The notes under the pieces are model-generated. The model worked only from the letters and a program-made list of their open reading frames with translations, was not told the DNA's origin and did no database searches. Below are positions 33,969-42,542 of a DNA stretch of 64,000 nucleotides, piece after piece; position 1 is the first letter of the stretch, and each line of letters opens with the position of its first letter. The stretch lies in NCBI GenBank assembly GCA_963675295.2, contig CAXXKJ010000001.1, positions 32,043 through 96,042 on the forward strand, written 5' to 3'. Origin of the DNA: a bacterium (GTDB taxonomy: Bacteria; Electryoneota; Electryoneia; Electryoneales; Electryoneaceae). Both the position numbers and the translations under genes were made by a program.

Positions 33969-36254
33969 TTACCTCCTGCCCGTGGTGCGCGCGTAATGGA
34001 TCTGACCCAGGGCGATGCCGCCGTCGTTGGGCGGAACCAGCTCTGCCCAGTAGACCCGCTTGCCAGCCTGTTGCAATCCTTCCACCGCCAGCTCATGCAG
34101 CAGCTTGTTCTGGAAGCAGCCACCGCTGAGCACGATCTGTTCCACCGGCGACTGAGCCGCCAGCCGCACGATGACATCCGCCAACCCGCGATGGAACCGT
34201 GTCGAGATTACGCCAACCGCCGTCTCAGCCGCGAGGTCGACGAACACCTGGTCCAGCACGTTCGCCCAGTCGATCAGCGTCGGGCCGTCATTCTGCGGCA
34301 GCAACGTAAATTCGTAGGCGCCCGGTTCATCCAGATCCGCCGCCCACTCGAATTCCATCGCCGCCTGGCCTTCGAAGGAGTTTCGCGCACGGACACGGGT
34401 CAACGCCGACATCGCATCAAACAGCCGGCCCATGCTGGACGTCTCCGGGCTGTTCACACCGGAGTCCAGCATCCGTAGCATGACCTCACGATCATGACCC
34501 GTGATCATGTGTGACTGATACTTGTCGAGGAGCGCCGGGGTGTCGTCTCCCTGCCACGCGTACAGCAGCCCCAACGCGCTGCGACGGGGATCTTTCGACG
34601 CCGCATCACCGCCCGGAAGGTGGAAAGTTCGCAGGTGCGCCGCGCGAGTCCAGCCATCCTCGCCAACCTCGATCACCTCGCCGCCCCAGACCGTGCCGTC
34701 CGGACCGAGGCCGGTCCCGTCCCACGCGAACCCGAGCACAGGCGCGGCGAGCTGGTGTTCGGCCATCACCGCATGCACATGCGCCACGTGATGCTGCACC
34801 GTGGTCACCGGCACGCCCTGCTTGTGCGCATACATTGACGACAGGTAGTCAGGGTGCTCATCTGCGACGATCTCCACCGGCTCATCGTCGTAAATCGACA
34901 CCAGCTGCGTGATCGCGTCACGGAAGGCATCCATCGCAAGTTCAGTCTCGAGGTCGCCGATGTGCTGACTGATGTACGCCTGCGGGCCGTGCGCGTACGC
35001 AATCGTGTTTTTCAAATGTGCGCCGACCGCGACTTGAACCGGACCGTCGCCCGGCACCGACACCGGCAACGGCGCGTACCCCCGCGACCGCCGCAACAGC
35101 TGCGGCCGGCCGGAGATCACCCGTGCCACCGAATCGTCCACCGGACGCAGGATTGGCCGATTATGCACCAGGAACAGGTCGGCAATGCTGTTCAACCGCG
35201 TGACAGCTTTGTGTTCGTCAATGCAGATCGGTTCGTCGGAGAGGTTCGCGCTGGTCGCGACCAACGGCACCCCGACTTCCGCCATCAGCAGGTGGTGCAA
35301 CGGCGTGTACGGCAGCATCACTCCCAGCCGCGGGTTGCCCGGCGCGACCGCCTCGGCGATGTAAATCGTCGGATCGTCACTGCGTTCCAGCAACACAATC
35401 GGCGCCTGCTGCGTCATCAGCAGGTCCACTTCTTCGTTCGTCGCATTACAGAATCGATGGACCTGCGGCATCCCGGACGCGAGCAGCGCGAACGGTTTCT
35501 CCGCCCGCCGTTTGCGTTTGCGCAGCCGCTTGACCGAGTCCTCATCATCCGCGCGAACCATCAGATGGAACCCGCCCAAGCCCTTCACCGCGACAATCTG
35601 GCACGCCAGCAACGCCTGTCCGGCGGTCGCCAACGCTTCGTCCTTGACCGCAATTTCCCGTCCGCCCGGACCCCACAGAGCGAGCTGCGGGCCGCACACC
35701 GAACACGCGTTCGGCTGCGCGTGGAATCGGCGATCCGCCGGATCATCATACTCCGACTGGCACACCGGGCACAGCTCAAACTCGCGCATGCTGGTGTTGG
35801 GGCGATCGTACGGCAATTCCCGGACAATGCTGAACCGTGGGCCGCAGTTGGTGCAGTTGGTGAACGGATAGCCGTCGCGGCGGTTCTTCTCATCGAAGAT
35901 GTCGTTGACACAATCCCGGCAGGAACCGAGATCGGGGAGGATGTACGCATGTTTCGCACCGGCTTCGCTGTGCCGGATCTCGAACCTGTCGCTGTCTTCG
36001 GGTGGCAGTTCTTCCTGCTCGATGGAGTTGAGGATGGCGTTCCGGGGAGGTGCGTGCCGCAGGAGATTAAGAAAATGCTCGATACTCCCTGGATTCCCCT
36101 GGACCTCCAGCTCAACACCGGCGCCGGTGTTACGTACCCAGCCGGTGAGGTGATTGTCGAGGGCGATGCGATAGACAAACGGACGGAACCCAACTCCCTG
36201 CACGGCACCCGTAACAATGAGTCCAATACGCCGCATGTCCTGCACTTCACTCAT
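33969..36254 (-). CDS. hypF: carbamoyltransferase HypF
   Basis: Acylphosphatase-like VQGVGFRPFVYR. Two zinc-finger pairs (CRDC...CTNCGPRF and CPVC...CSVCGPQL). YrdC-like and Kae1-like C-terminal regions. Confidence 0.95.
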   Translation of the reverse strand: MSEVQDMRRIGLIVTGAVQGVGFRPFVYRIALDNHLTGWVRNTGAGVELEVQGNPGSIEHFLNLLRHAPPRNAILNSIEQEELPPEDSDRFEIRHSEAGAKHAYILPDLGSCRDCVNDIFDEKNRRDGYPFTNCTNCGPRFSIVRELPYDRPNTSMREFELCPVCQSEYDDPADRRFHAQPNACSVCGPQLALWGPGGREIAVKDEALATAGQALLACQIVAVKGLGGFHLMVRADDEDSVKRLRKRKRRAEKPFALLASGMPQVHRFCNATNEEVDLLMTQQAPIVLLERSDDPTIYIAEAVAPGNPRLGVMLPYTPLHHLLMAEVGVPLVATSANLSDEPICIDEHKAVTRLNSIADLFLVHNRPILRPVDDSVARVISGRPQLLRRSRGYAPLPVSVPGDGPVQVAVGAHLKNTIAYAHGPQAYISQHIGDLETELAMDAFRDAITQLVSIYDDEPVEIVADEHPDYLSSMYAHKQGVPVTTVQHHVAHVHAVMAEHQLAAPVLGFAWDGTGLGPDGTVWGGEVIEVGEDGWTRAAHLRTFHLPGGDAASKDPRRSALGLLYAWQGDDTPALLDKYQSHMITGHDREVMLRMLDSGVNSPETSSMGRLFDAMSALTRVRARNSFEGQAAMEFEWAADLDEPGAYEFTLLPQNDGPTLIDWANVLDQVFVDLAAETAVGVISTRFHRGLADVIVRLAAQSPVEQIVLSGGCFQNKLLHELAVEGLQQAGKRVYWAELVPPNDGGIALGQIHYARTTGRR

Positions 36255-36283
36255 ACAAATCCCAGGCTGACGCGCGGTGTCCG

Positions 36284-36928
36284 TTATCTGAGCTGTGCGA
36301 GTAAAAAGTCCGCGAGTTCGTTGATTCCTTCGCCCGTGCGGGCGGAAACCGTAAAGAAGGTAAGCTCCGGATTCAGCCGCAACGCATCCTCCGTCGCCTG
36401 CTCGATGCTGAAATCCGTGTACTCGAGAATGTCGGCCTTGTTGAACACGACCACGTCCGCCTTCTGAAACATCGGCGGATACTTCGCAACCTTGTCATGC
36501 CCCTCAGTCACCGACAAGACGACGATCCGCAGCTTCTCACCGAGGTCGTGGGAGGCTGTACACACCAGGTTGCCGACATTTTCCACCACCAGCAGGTTGA
36601 GATCGTCCAACGGTAACGAGTCCAACGCAATCGCCACCATGTTCGCTTCGAGATGGCACCCGCCGCCGGTATTGATCTGCGTTGCCGGCCAGCCGATTGA
36701 TTCGATGCGCTCGCCGTCACGCGAGGTCGCGAGGTCGCCTTCAATCACGCCGACACGCTTCGACCCCTGCCATACCTTGCCCAGAGCTTCGAGCACCGTC
36801 GTCTTGCCCGAGCCCGGCGAGCCGAGCAGGTTGATCATGTTCAGGTTGAGCGTGCTCAGACGGGCACGATTCGCTGCGGCAATCGTATCGTTCGCCTTCA
36901 ACAGGTCCTTGCTGACAACGATTTCCAT
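36284..36928 (-). CDS. hypB: Ni-metallochaperone GTPase HypB
   Basis: GSPGSGKTT P-loop, ENVGNLVC and NKADIL motifs. ATG 36928 with GAGGGA upstream is preferred over the TTG at 36973, which abuts the MITE-like element. Confidence 0.9.
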   Translation of the reverse strand: MEIVVSKDLLKANDTIAAANRARLSTLNLNMINLLGSPGSGKTTVLEALGKVWQGSKRVGVIEGDLATSRDGERIESIGWPATQINTGGGCHLEANMVAIALDSLPLDDLNLLVVENVGNLVCTASHDLGEKLRIVVLSVTEGHDKVAKYPPMFQKADVVVFNKADILEYTDFSIEQATEDALRLNPELTFFTVSARTGEGINELADFLLAQLR

Positions 36929-36976
36929 CCATCCCTCGCCGTGATCTTGTTGTGCAAAGGGGCGCTGAAACAACGC

Positions 36977-37098
36977 GTCATACTGACGCCGCGTCTGTTT
37001 GCGGCGGAAGAAGATCCAGCTACACTACCCCCAAATCGTCGCGCCAACGGTTGGGAATTTGGCTCTTCTTCACTTCTCTTCGTTCCGTTCAGAATGAC
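36977..37098. repeat. MITE-like palindromic element, copy 3, between hypA and hypB
   Basis: The left arm is GTCATACTGACGCC...GAAGAAGATCCAGC. The right arm is TTGGGAATTTGGCTCTTCTTCACTTCTCTTCGTTCCGTTCAGAATGAC. The right-arm segment CTTCACTTCTCTTCGTTCCGTTCAGAATGAC is identical to the same segment of copy 2. Confidence 0.7.
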
Positions 37099-37135
37099 TT
37101 TCTGCCTGGCCATCGTCGCAGTTGACTGGCAACTC

Positions 37136-37498
37136 TCACGATGGTTCCTCACCGTCATCGACGTCCAACGACACCAGCTGCAACTCCCGGCCGCCCTCGA
37201 TGGTGATCCGTCCATCCCCGCACGCGGGACACTGAAATGTGTACCCGTCGACCTCGTTTTCCGCACCGCATGCGAGACAACGGCAGATTGCCGGAGGTTC
37301 CTCGATCTCCAGCGACGCGCCCGCAAATCGTGTTGACGGCGCGACTACCTCGAACGCTCCGCGCAAGGCTTCCGGGCTCGCGCCGGACAACTTGCCGACA
37401 CGCAGAACCAGTGTCCGTACCGGCCCCGAAACTCCCGACGCCGCGAGTTCCGTTTCGCCGATCCGGACAATTTCTTCGATTAAGCCGAGTTCATGCAC
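37136..37498 (-). CDS. hypA: Ni-metallochaperone HypA
   Basis: A GTG start at 37498 gives the N-terminus M-H-E-L, the conserved MHE nickel-binding N-terminus of HypA. The ATG at 37528 would bury this motif. The zinc site is CRCLACG...CPACG. Confidence 0.88.
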   Translation of the reverse strand: MHELGLIEEIVRIGETELAASGVSGPVRTLVLRVGKLSGASPEALRGAFEVVAPSTRFAGASLEIEEPPAICRCLACGAENEVDGYTFQCPACGDGRITIEGGRELQLVSLDVDDGEEPS

Positions 37499-37725
37499 AG
37501 CGCGCCCACCGTCGGACCACCCCTGCATTTAAAAATAAAGGTTTACTCCGATTCGGAAACAGGAATGATTCGTAAAATCTAATATCCGCGTGTGGATCAT
37601 GTCCTTGTTTTTCAACATCCTACTGTGAAACCGGAGGCGAGTTAACCTCCCCTATGTTATTCCACTGACCCGATTGATTCACATTCTCGCCGGAAGTCGT
37701 TTGGAAGCAAGCACTTTGTGCCAGA

Positions 37726-37750
37726 TATTACGAATCATCGGTATGTAATA
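37726..37750. promoter_or_regulatory. candidate NikR operator (inverted repeat TATTAC-N13-GTAATA)
   Basis: The hexamer is a perfect inverted repeat with a 13-nt spacer. It ends 11 nt before the nikR ATG, in the divergent hypA/nikR region. Confidence 0.35.
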
Positions 37751-37761
37751 CCGGGAGCCCC

Positions 37762-38217
37762 ATGTCCGATCTTGTCCGGCTCAGTATCACCATGGAACGG
37801 GATCTACACGAACAGCTCCAGGCGATTATTGAGGACGAACCGTTCGAAAATCGTTCCGCCTTCCTGCGCAACATCATCCGCAATGTGCTGGTGCAGCGCG
37901 AGTGGGAACGGGATGAAGATGTCATCGGGACCATTACCCTCATCTTCAACCACCATTCCTCCGATCTCAACCGCCGCCTTACCGAACATCAGCACCATCA
38001 CCACGACATGATCCTCGCGACGACGCACGTTCACCTCGACCGTGAAATCTGCGCCGAAGTGATCATCGCACGCGGGCAGGCGAGTGAGATCCAGCGGTTC
38101 ACCGAGCAGATTCGCCAGCAGCGAGGCGTGTTGCACACCGCGCTTTCCATGAGCACCACGGGCAATTCACACGATCATCCGCATCACAACGGGGAGGGGA
38201 TGGATGCATCTGCCTGA
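37762..38217 (+). CDS. nikR: nickel-responsive regulator NikR
   Basis: N-terminal ribbon-helix-helix (RLSITMERDLHEQL). The C-terminal ligand pattern is H-x-H-x5-C (HVHLDREIC), with a His cluster upstream. Confidence 0.9.
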   Translation: MSDLVRLSITMERDLHEQLQAIIEDEPFENRSAFLRNIIRNVLVQREWERDEDVIGTITLIFNHHSSDLNRRLTEHQHHHHDMILATTHVHLDREICAEVIIARGQASEIQRFTEQIRQQRGVLHTALSMSTTGNSHDHPHHNGEGMDASA

Positions 38218-38866
38218 CGGATTCGTTTCGGCCCCGGTGGCGGGCGTCACGACGGCGCTGGCAATCGTTGCGTGCGCGGTGTCGATCCGGCAAGCCCGGA
38301 AAACGCTGGACACGAAAACCGTGCCACTGCTCGGGGTGACCGCCGCATTCATTTTCTCCGCCCAGATGATCAACTTTCCCGTTGCCGCCGGAACCAGCGG
38401 CCATGTACTCGGCGCGGCGCTGGCGGTCGCGCTGCTCGGCCCGTGGAGCGGCTTTCTGGTGATGACGGTGACGCTGGTTTTACAGGCATTGTTGTTCGCG
38501 GACGGTGGCATCACCGCCCTTGGCGCGAATCTGATCAACATGGGGCTGGTCGGCGGTGGAGTCGCGTGGCTGGTGCTGCACTCGGCGCGTACGATGAAGC
38601 TGCCGGTGCGCTTCCTGCCGCTTGCCGGCGGGGTGGCGGCGTGGCTGTCGCTGGTAATAGCCTCCGCGACCTGCGCCGCAATCCTGGCATTCTCTGGAAT
38701 CGTGCCCGCGAAGCTGGTGTTTCCAGCGATGATCGGGGTGCACGCCATCATCGGCATCGGCGAGGGGATCGTCACCGCCTCCGCGCTGTCGCTGATCCTC
38801 GCGTGGCGGCCCGATTTGCTCAACGCAAGCCCGCAATCCGCCCTCTACCGCGGGAGGCTGGCATGA
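38204..38866 (+). CDS. nikM: ECF-type Ni/Co transporter substrate component (NikM/CbiM)
   Basis: The N-terminus MHLPDGF matches the Met1-His2 metal-binding terminus of CbiM/NikM. The protein is polytopic. Nickel specificity is inferred from the nikR and hyp context. Confidence 0.85.
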   Translation: MHLPDGFVSAPVAGVTTALAIVACAVSIRQARKTLDTKTVPLLGVTAAFIFSAQMINFPVAAGTSGHVLGAALAVALLGPWSGFLVMTVTLVLQALLFADGGITALGANLINMGLVGGGVAWLVLHSARTMKLPVRFLPLAGGVAAWLSLVIASATCAAILAFSGIVPAKLVFPAMIGVHAIIGIGEGIVTASALSLILAWRPDLLNASPQSALYRGRLA

Positions 38867-39195
38867 CACAGCCCGCGCGCGAGACCAGCCGGCGTCGTTT
38901 CCTGTTTGGCTTTCTAACGGTCGCGTTCGTGCTCGCGGCGTTGATCTCGCCGTTCGCGTCGGATTGGGCGGACGGTCTCGAGGCCGTCGCGGCGAAACTC
39001 GGCTTCATCGAACACGCTGACGCGCAGCCGCCGGTCCTCGAGTCGCCCTTGCCGGATTACACGATCCCCGGGGTCGAAAATGAGGGCCTGTCCACTTCGC
39101 TTGCCGGCGTAGCGGGCACACTGGCAACGCTACTTGTGATGCTCGCGCTCGGCTGGGGTATCGCAGCACGGAAAAAAGCCGGATCAGCCGAATGA
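38863..39195 (+). CDS. PDGLE-domain small membrane protein (NikL/CbiN-like accessory component)
   Basis: The ATG at 38863 overlaps the nikM stop (ATGA). The protein has two TM helices flanking SDWADGLE. Only the last 110 codons of track ORF 38272..39195 are credible. Confidence 0.75.
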   Translation: MTQPARETSRRRFLFGFLTVAFVLAALISPFASDWADGLEAVAAKLGFIEHADAQPPVLESPLPDYTIPGVENEGLSTSLAGVAGTLATLLVMLALGWGIAARKKAGSAE

Positions 39196-39911
39196 ACCCA
39201 GCCGCATCCTCTGCAACCACCACCAGCTTTGATCCGCGCACCGTCGTCCTGACGCAGTTCATCCTGCTGCTCGGCGTGGTGTTCACTCCGCCCGGTCAGT
39301 TCATTTCGCTGTTCGCGTTTACACTGGTGATTGCGGGAGTGGCGCTTTTGTTTCGCATTTCCATCCCAGCCTTCGTCGCGAAAACAAAACGCGCGCTTCC
39401 CGTCGCGATGTTGATTGTCTTACCTGTGCTGCTGCTGCGTGGCCTGGCTGCCAATGATGCCGCCATGTGGCTGACCACCGCCGGGCTGCTGCTGAAAGTG
39501 TTGCTGGCGTTGACGTGTGCGCTGGTGCTGTTGACCGTGCTGCCGTTTCACGAACTCCTGCTCGCCCTGCGACGCCTGCGTGTGCCGACCCTGTTCCTCG
39601 ACATTCTCGCGATGGCATACCGGTTCCTCGATGTGCTCAACGCCGAACGTGTGCAGCTCGTCCGTTCCCTCGCTGCACGGGGGCACACCGGCGCGTGGAT
39701 CTGGCAGTCCCGCATGCCGGGCAAGCTGGCCGGGTCATTGTTCCTGCGCTCGATCGAGCGCGGGGAACGCATCCACATGGCGATGCTCGCGCGTGGCTAT
39801 GAAGGCGCGGCGGGCGATTCGCTCCATCCGGCACGGCTGGCCGTGCGTGATTTCGTCGTGCTGGATTCAGCCGGCCTGATCACGCTGCTCATCCTGTGGG
39901 TGCTGCCATGA
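39192..39911 (+). CDS. nikQ: ECF transporter T component (NikQ/CbiQ)
   Basis: Polytopic protein with an ATGA overlap at each end, in the expected operon position. Confidence 0.82.
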   Translation: MNPAASSATTTSFDPRTVVLTQFILLLGVVFTPPGQFISLFAFTLVIAGVALLFRISIPAFVAKTKRALPVAMLIVLPVLLLRGLAANDAAMWLTTAGLLLKVLLALTCALVLLTVLPFHELLLALRRLRVPTLFLDILAMAYRFLDVLNAERVQLVRSLAARGHTGAWIWQSRMPGKLAGSLFLRSIERGERIHMAMLARGYEGAAGDSLHPARLAVRDFVVLDSAGLITLLILWVLP

Positions 39912-40606
39912 GCGAACTGATCCGCATCCGGCACCTCAGCTATCGTTACCCGGACGGCACCACCGCGCTGCGGGACGTCTCGTTCATGATGGGGAACGAC
40001 GAGCGAGTCGGGTTGCTCGGCGCGAACGGGTCCGGTAAGACCACGTTGCTGCTGCACCTGAACGGCCTGTTGCAAAGCAAAACCGGCGAGGTGGTGCTGG
40101 ATGGGATGCCAGTGAACGTGTCCAACCTGAAGCAGATCCGGCAACGCGTCGGCTTCCTGTTTCAGAACCCGGACGATCAACTCTTTCTGCCGACCGTCGC
40201 CGAGAACATCGCGTTCGGGCTCGACAAACGGAACGGCGGTTCACCGGACCACATTGATGATCTCCTGCGGCAGGTCGGGCTGGCTGGATTGGAAGGGCGG
40301 AATGCGTGGCATCTGAGCATCGGCGAGAAACGGCGCGCCAGCCTCGCCAGCGTGCTCGCGATGAAGGTGCGGCTGCTGGTCCTCGACGAACCCACCGCCG
40401 GCCTCGATCCGCGCGGCCAACGTGAGTTCGGCGACACCTTGGACGCCATGCGGCTGCCGATGGTGATCGCGTCCCACAACCTCGAGTTCGTGCGGCGACT
40501 GTGCACACGGGTGGTCGTGCTTGAACACGGCAGCGTCGCGGCGAATGGCCCCACCGATACCATCCTCAACGACCACGCCCTGCTGCTGCAACATGGGCTG
40601 GCGTGA
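39908..40606 (+). CDS. nikO: ECF transporter ATPase (NikO/CbiO)
   Basis: Walker A GANGSGKTT, signature LSIGEKRR, Walker B LLVLDEPT. The ATG at 39908 overlaps the nikQ stop. Confidence 0.9.
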   Translation: MSELIRIRHLSYRYPDGTTALRDVSFMMGNDERVGLLGANGSGKTTLLLHLNGLLQSKTGEVVLDGMPVNVSNLKQIRQRVGFLFQNPDDQLFLPTVAENIAFGLDKRNGGSPDHIDDLLRQVGLAGLEGRNAWHLSIGEKRRASLASVLAMKVRLLVLDEPTAGLDPRGQREFGDTLDAMRLPMVIASHNLEFVRRLCTRVVVLEHGSVAANGPTDTILNDHALLLQHGLA

Positions 40607-40613
40607 AAGCAGG

Positions 40614-40735
40614 CTATAGGCTGTGGGCTGCGGACCACGGATGGCGGGCCAGGAGAAACGAAACCGGGGACACTTTGTCCTCAAAGTGTCCCCGCAACGA
40701 TGTCGTGTTGGGACACTTACAGGAGTAAGTGTCCC
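40614..40735 (+). repeat. post-stop 7-nt-periodic tract + two REP-A hairpins
   Basis: Heptads at 40614..40662 read ctatagg ctgtggg ctgcgga ccacgga tggcggg ccaggag aaacgaa. They are followed by GGGGACACTTTG-tcc-TCAAAGTGTCCCC (40666..40693) and GGGACACTTAC-agga-GTAAGTGTCCC (40710..40735). The element lies between convergent nikO and the M32 peptidase gene. Confidence 0.75.
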
Positions 40736-40756
40736 GCCTGATCATACCCTAACCGT

Positions 40757-42271
40757 TTACAACTCAATCCCGTACAACGTCCCGAACCGATCCGCGAGGT
40801 AGTCGACCAGATACTTCGACGTCGGCGCTTCACCGGTCACCTTCTCAATCAGCTCCTTCGGCGTATACTTGCGGCCCTGGCTGTGGATGTTGGTCGTCAA
40901 CCAACCGCGGATGTCGTCGTACCGGCTCGCACGAACCAGGTCGTCCAACGGGCCGAGGTCACGGCTCAACGCGTGCGCGAACTGTGCGGCGTAGAGGTTG
41001 CCCAAGGCGTAGGTTGGGAAATAGCCAATGATTCCCAGTGACCAGTGGATGTCCTGCAGGCAGCCATCCGCATCGCTCGGCACCTCGACCCCGAGGTAGT
41101 CCTGGTAGCGCTCGTTCCACGCCGCCGGAACATCGTCGTACGATAAATCTCCGTGCAAGATTGCCAGCTCCAGCTCGAACCGGATCATGATGTGCAGGTT
41201 GTACGTCAGCTCGTCGGCGTCGACCCGGATCAACGACGGCTGCGCGGCGTTCATCGCGAACAGGAACGCGTCCATGTCCACATTCGCCAATTGCGGGAAA
41301 TAGCCCTTCGCCACCGGCCACCACTTCTCCCAGAACGCACGCGTGCGGCCGATCTGATTCTCCCAGAAACGGGACTGGGACTCGTGCACGCCGAGCGTGA
41401 GGAACTGCCCCATCGGGTTGCCCCACTCATCCTGCCGCACATTCTGGTCGTACATCGCATGCCCGCCCTCGTGCACCGTGCTCGAGAACGCCGTATCGAA
41501 CCGCTTTTCCTCGTAGCGTGTCGTGATACGGACATCGTTCGGGCCGAGCGTGGTGCAGAACGGGTGATGCGCGATCCCGATCGCGCCACGATCCGGATCA
41601 AAGCCGAGTGTCGTCACCACTTCGCGCACAAACTTCTTCTGCGCCTCGATGTCGAAGTTGCCCTCGATTGCGCTCATGTCCGGTTGACGCGGGGCGTCCT
41701 GGATCTTGTGGATCATCGTGACCAATGATTCGCGCAGGTTCTTGAAGATCTCCGCCACGTCCTTCGTCTTTGCGCCGATCTCGTACTGGTCGATTAACGC
41801 GTCGTACGGATCATCCTCGTAGCCGAGTGCGTCCGCCACCTGTTTCTGCAGGTCGAAGGTTTTCTCCAGCCACGGCTTGAACAGCGGGAAATCGTTTTTG
41901 CCACGTGCCTCGATCCACGCGTTCCGGGCTCGAACGGACGTCTCGGTGATCTCCTGCACCAGCTTGCGCGGTAGTTTCACCTGACGGTCATACTCCCTCC
42001 GCCACTCACGCACATTGACCGCTTCCGCCGAGCCCGCTTCGAACGCATCCGCCGCCTCGAGCTCACTGAGCAATTCGCCGACTTTCGGGTCGGTGAATCG
42101 GTCATGCCGCAGGCCGTTGATCAACGACGCCTGTTCGCCACGGTAGTCCGCCGCCGCGGCCGGCATCACCGTCTCATCGTCGTATTCGAGCACCGCGGTA
42201 ATCGTTTCGAGGGTCGTTGCTTCGCGCATCCGGGCGCGCAGGTCAGCATACAGCGCTTGCGGGTCAGGCAT
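40757..42271 (-). CDS. M32 carboxypeptidase (carboxypeptidase Taq family)
   Basis: HEGGHAMY (HExxH) is present together with HPF, HESQSRFWEN, IRVDADE and GCLQDIHWS motifs in the order characteristic of M32. Confidence 0.9.
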   Translation of the reverse strand: MPDPQALYADLRARMREATTLETITAVLEYDDETVMPAAAADYRGEQASLINGLRHDRFTDPKVGELLSELEAADAFEAGSAEAVNVREWRREYDRQVKLPRKLVQEITETSVRARNAWIEARGKNDFPLFKPWLEKTFDLQKQVADALGYEDDPYDALIDQYEIGAKTKDVAEIFKNLRESLVTMIHKIQDAPRQPDMSAIEGNFDIEAQKKFVREVVTTLGFDPDRGAIGIAHHPFCTTLGPNDVRITTRYEEKRFDTAFSSTVHEGGHAMYDQNVRQDEWGNPMGQFLTLGVHESQSRFWENQIGRTRAFWEKWWPVAKGYFPQLANVDMDAFLFAMNAAQPSLIRVDADELTYNLHIMIRFELELAILHGDLSYDDVPAAWNERYQDYLGVEVPSDADGCLQDIHWSLGIIGYFPTYALGNLYAAQFAHALSRDLGPLDDLVRASRYDDIRGWLTTNIHSQGRKYTPKELIEKVTGEAPTSKYLVDYLADRFGTLYGIEL

Positions 42272-42411
42272 CGGGGTCTCCGGGTTGGTCGTGGGCGGCT
42301 GAGGTGTCGTCTATGGGTCGTGTTCAGCCGGTGAGACAGGATACGGTCAGGAAGCATGAACCGGAAGAGAGTCAAAGCCGGAATTGACGGAGGGTGAGGC
42401 ATGAGAAAGGG

Positions 42412-42542
42412 CTGTGGACGGCGGGCTGAGGGCTACGGGCAACGGACTACGGACTGCGGACTACGTACGGCGGTCTACGGACGGCGGACCAGGAGCTGAT
42501 GGAAATGGAACCGGGGACACTTTGTCCCCAAAGTGTCCCCGA
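42412..42542 (+). repeat. 7-nt-periodic tract + REP-A hairpin (left copy of the IS target duplication)
   Basis: Fourteen heptads with consensus CTNCGGA lie at 42412..42509. The hairpin block CCGGGGACACTTTG-tcc-CCAAAGTGTCCCCGA is at 42511..42542. Confidence 0.8.

Noticed and set aside
36929-36973. TTG-initiated 15-codon extension of hypB
   Set aside because: The track start is a TTG only 4 nt from the MITE-like element. ATG 36928 has a GAGGGA SD and gives a normal HypB N-terminus.
37499-37528. ATG 37528 as the hypA start
   Set aside because: It would add 10 residues ahead of the conserved Met-His-Glu nickel-binding N-terminus, and there is no SD upstream. GTG 37498 is preferred.
38272-38862. 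Upstream two-thirds of the 307-aa ORF 38272..39195
   Set aside because: This part overlaps nikM in another frame and translates to Arg/Gly-rich sequence. Only the final 110 codons, from ATG 38863 with an ATGA overlap and the PDGLE motif, are credible.
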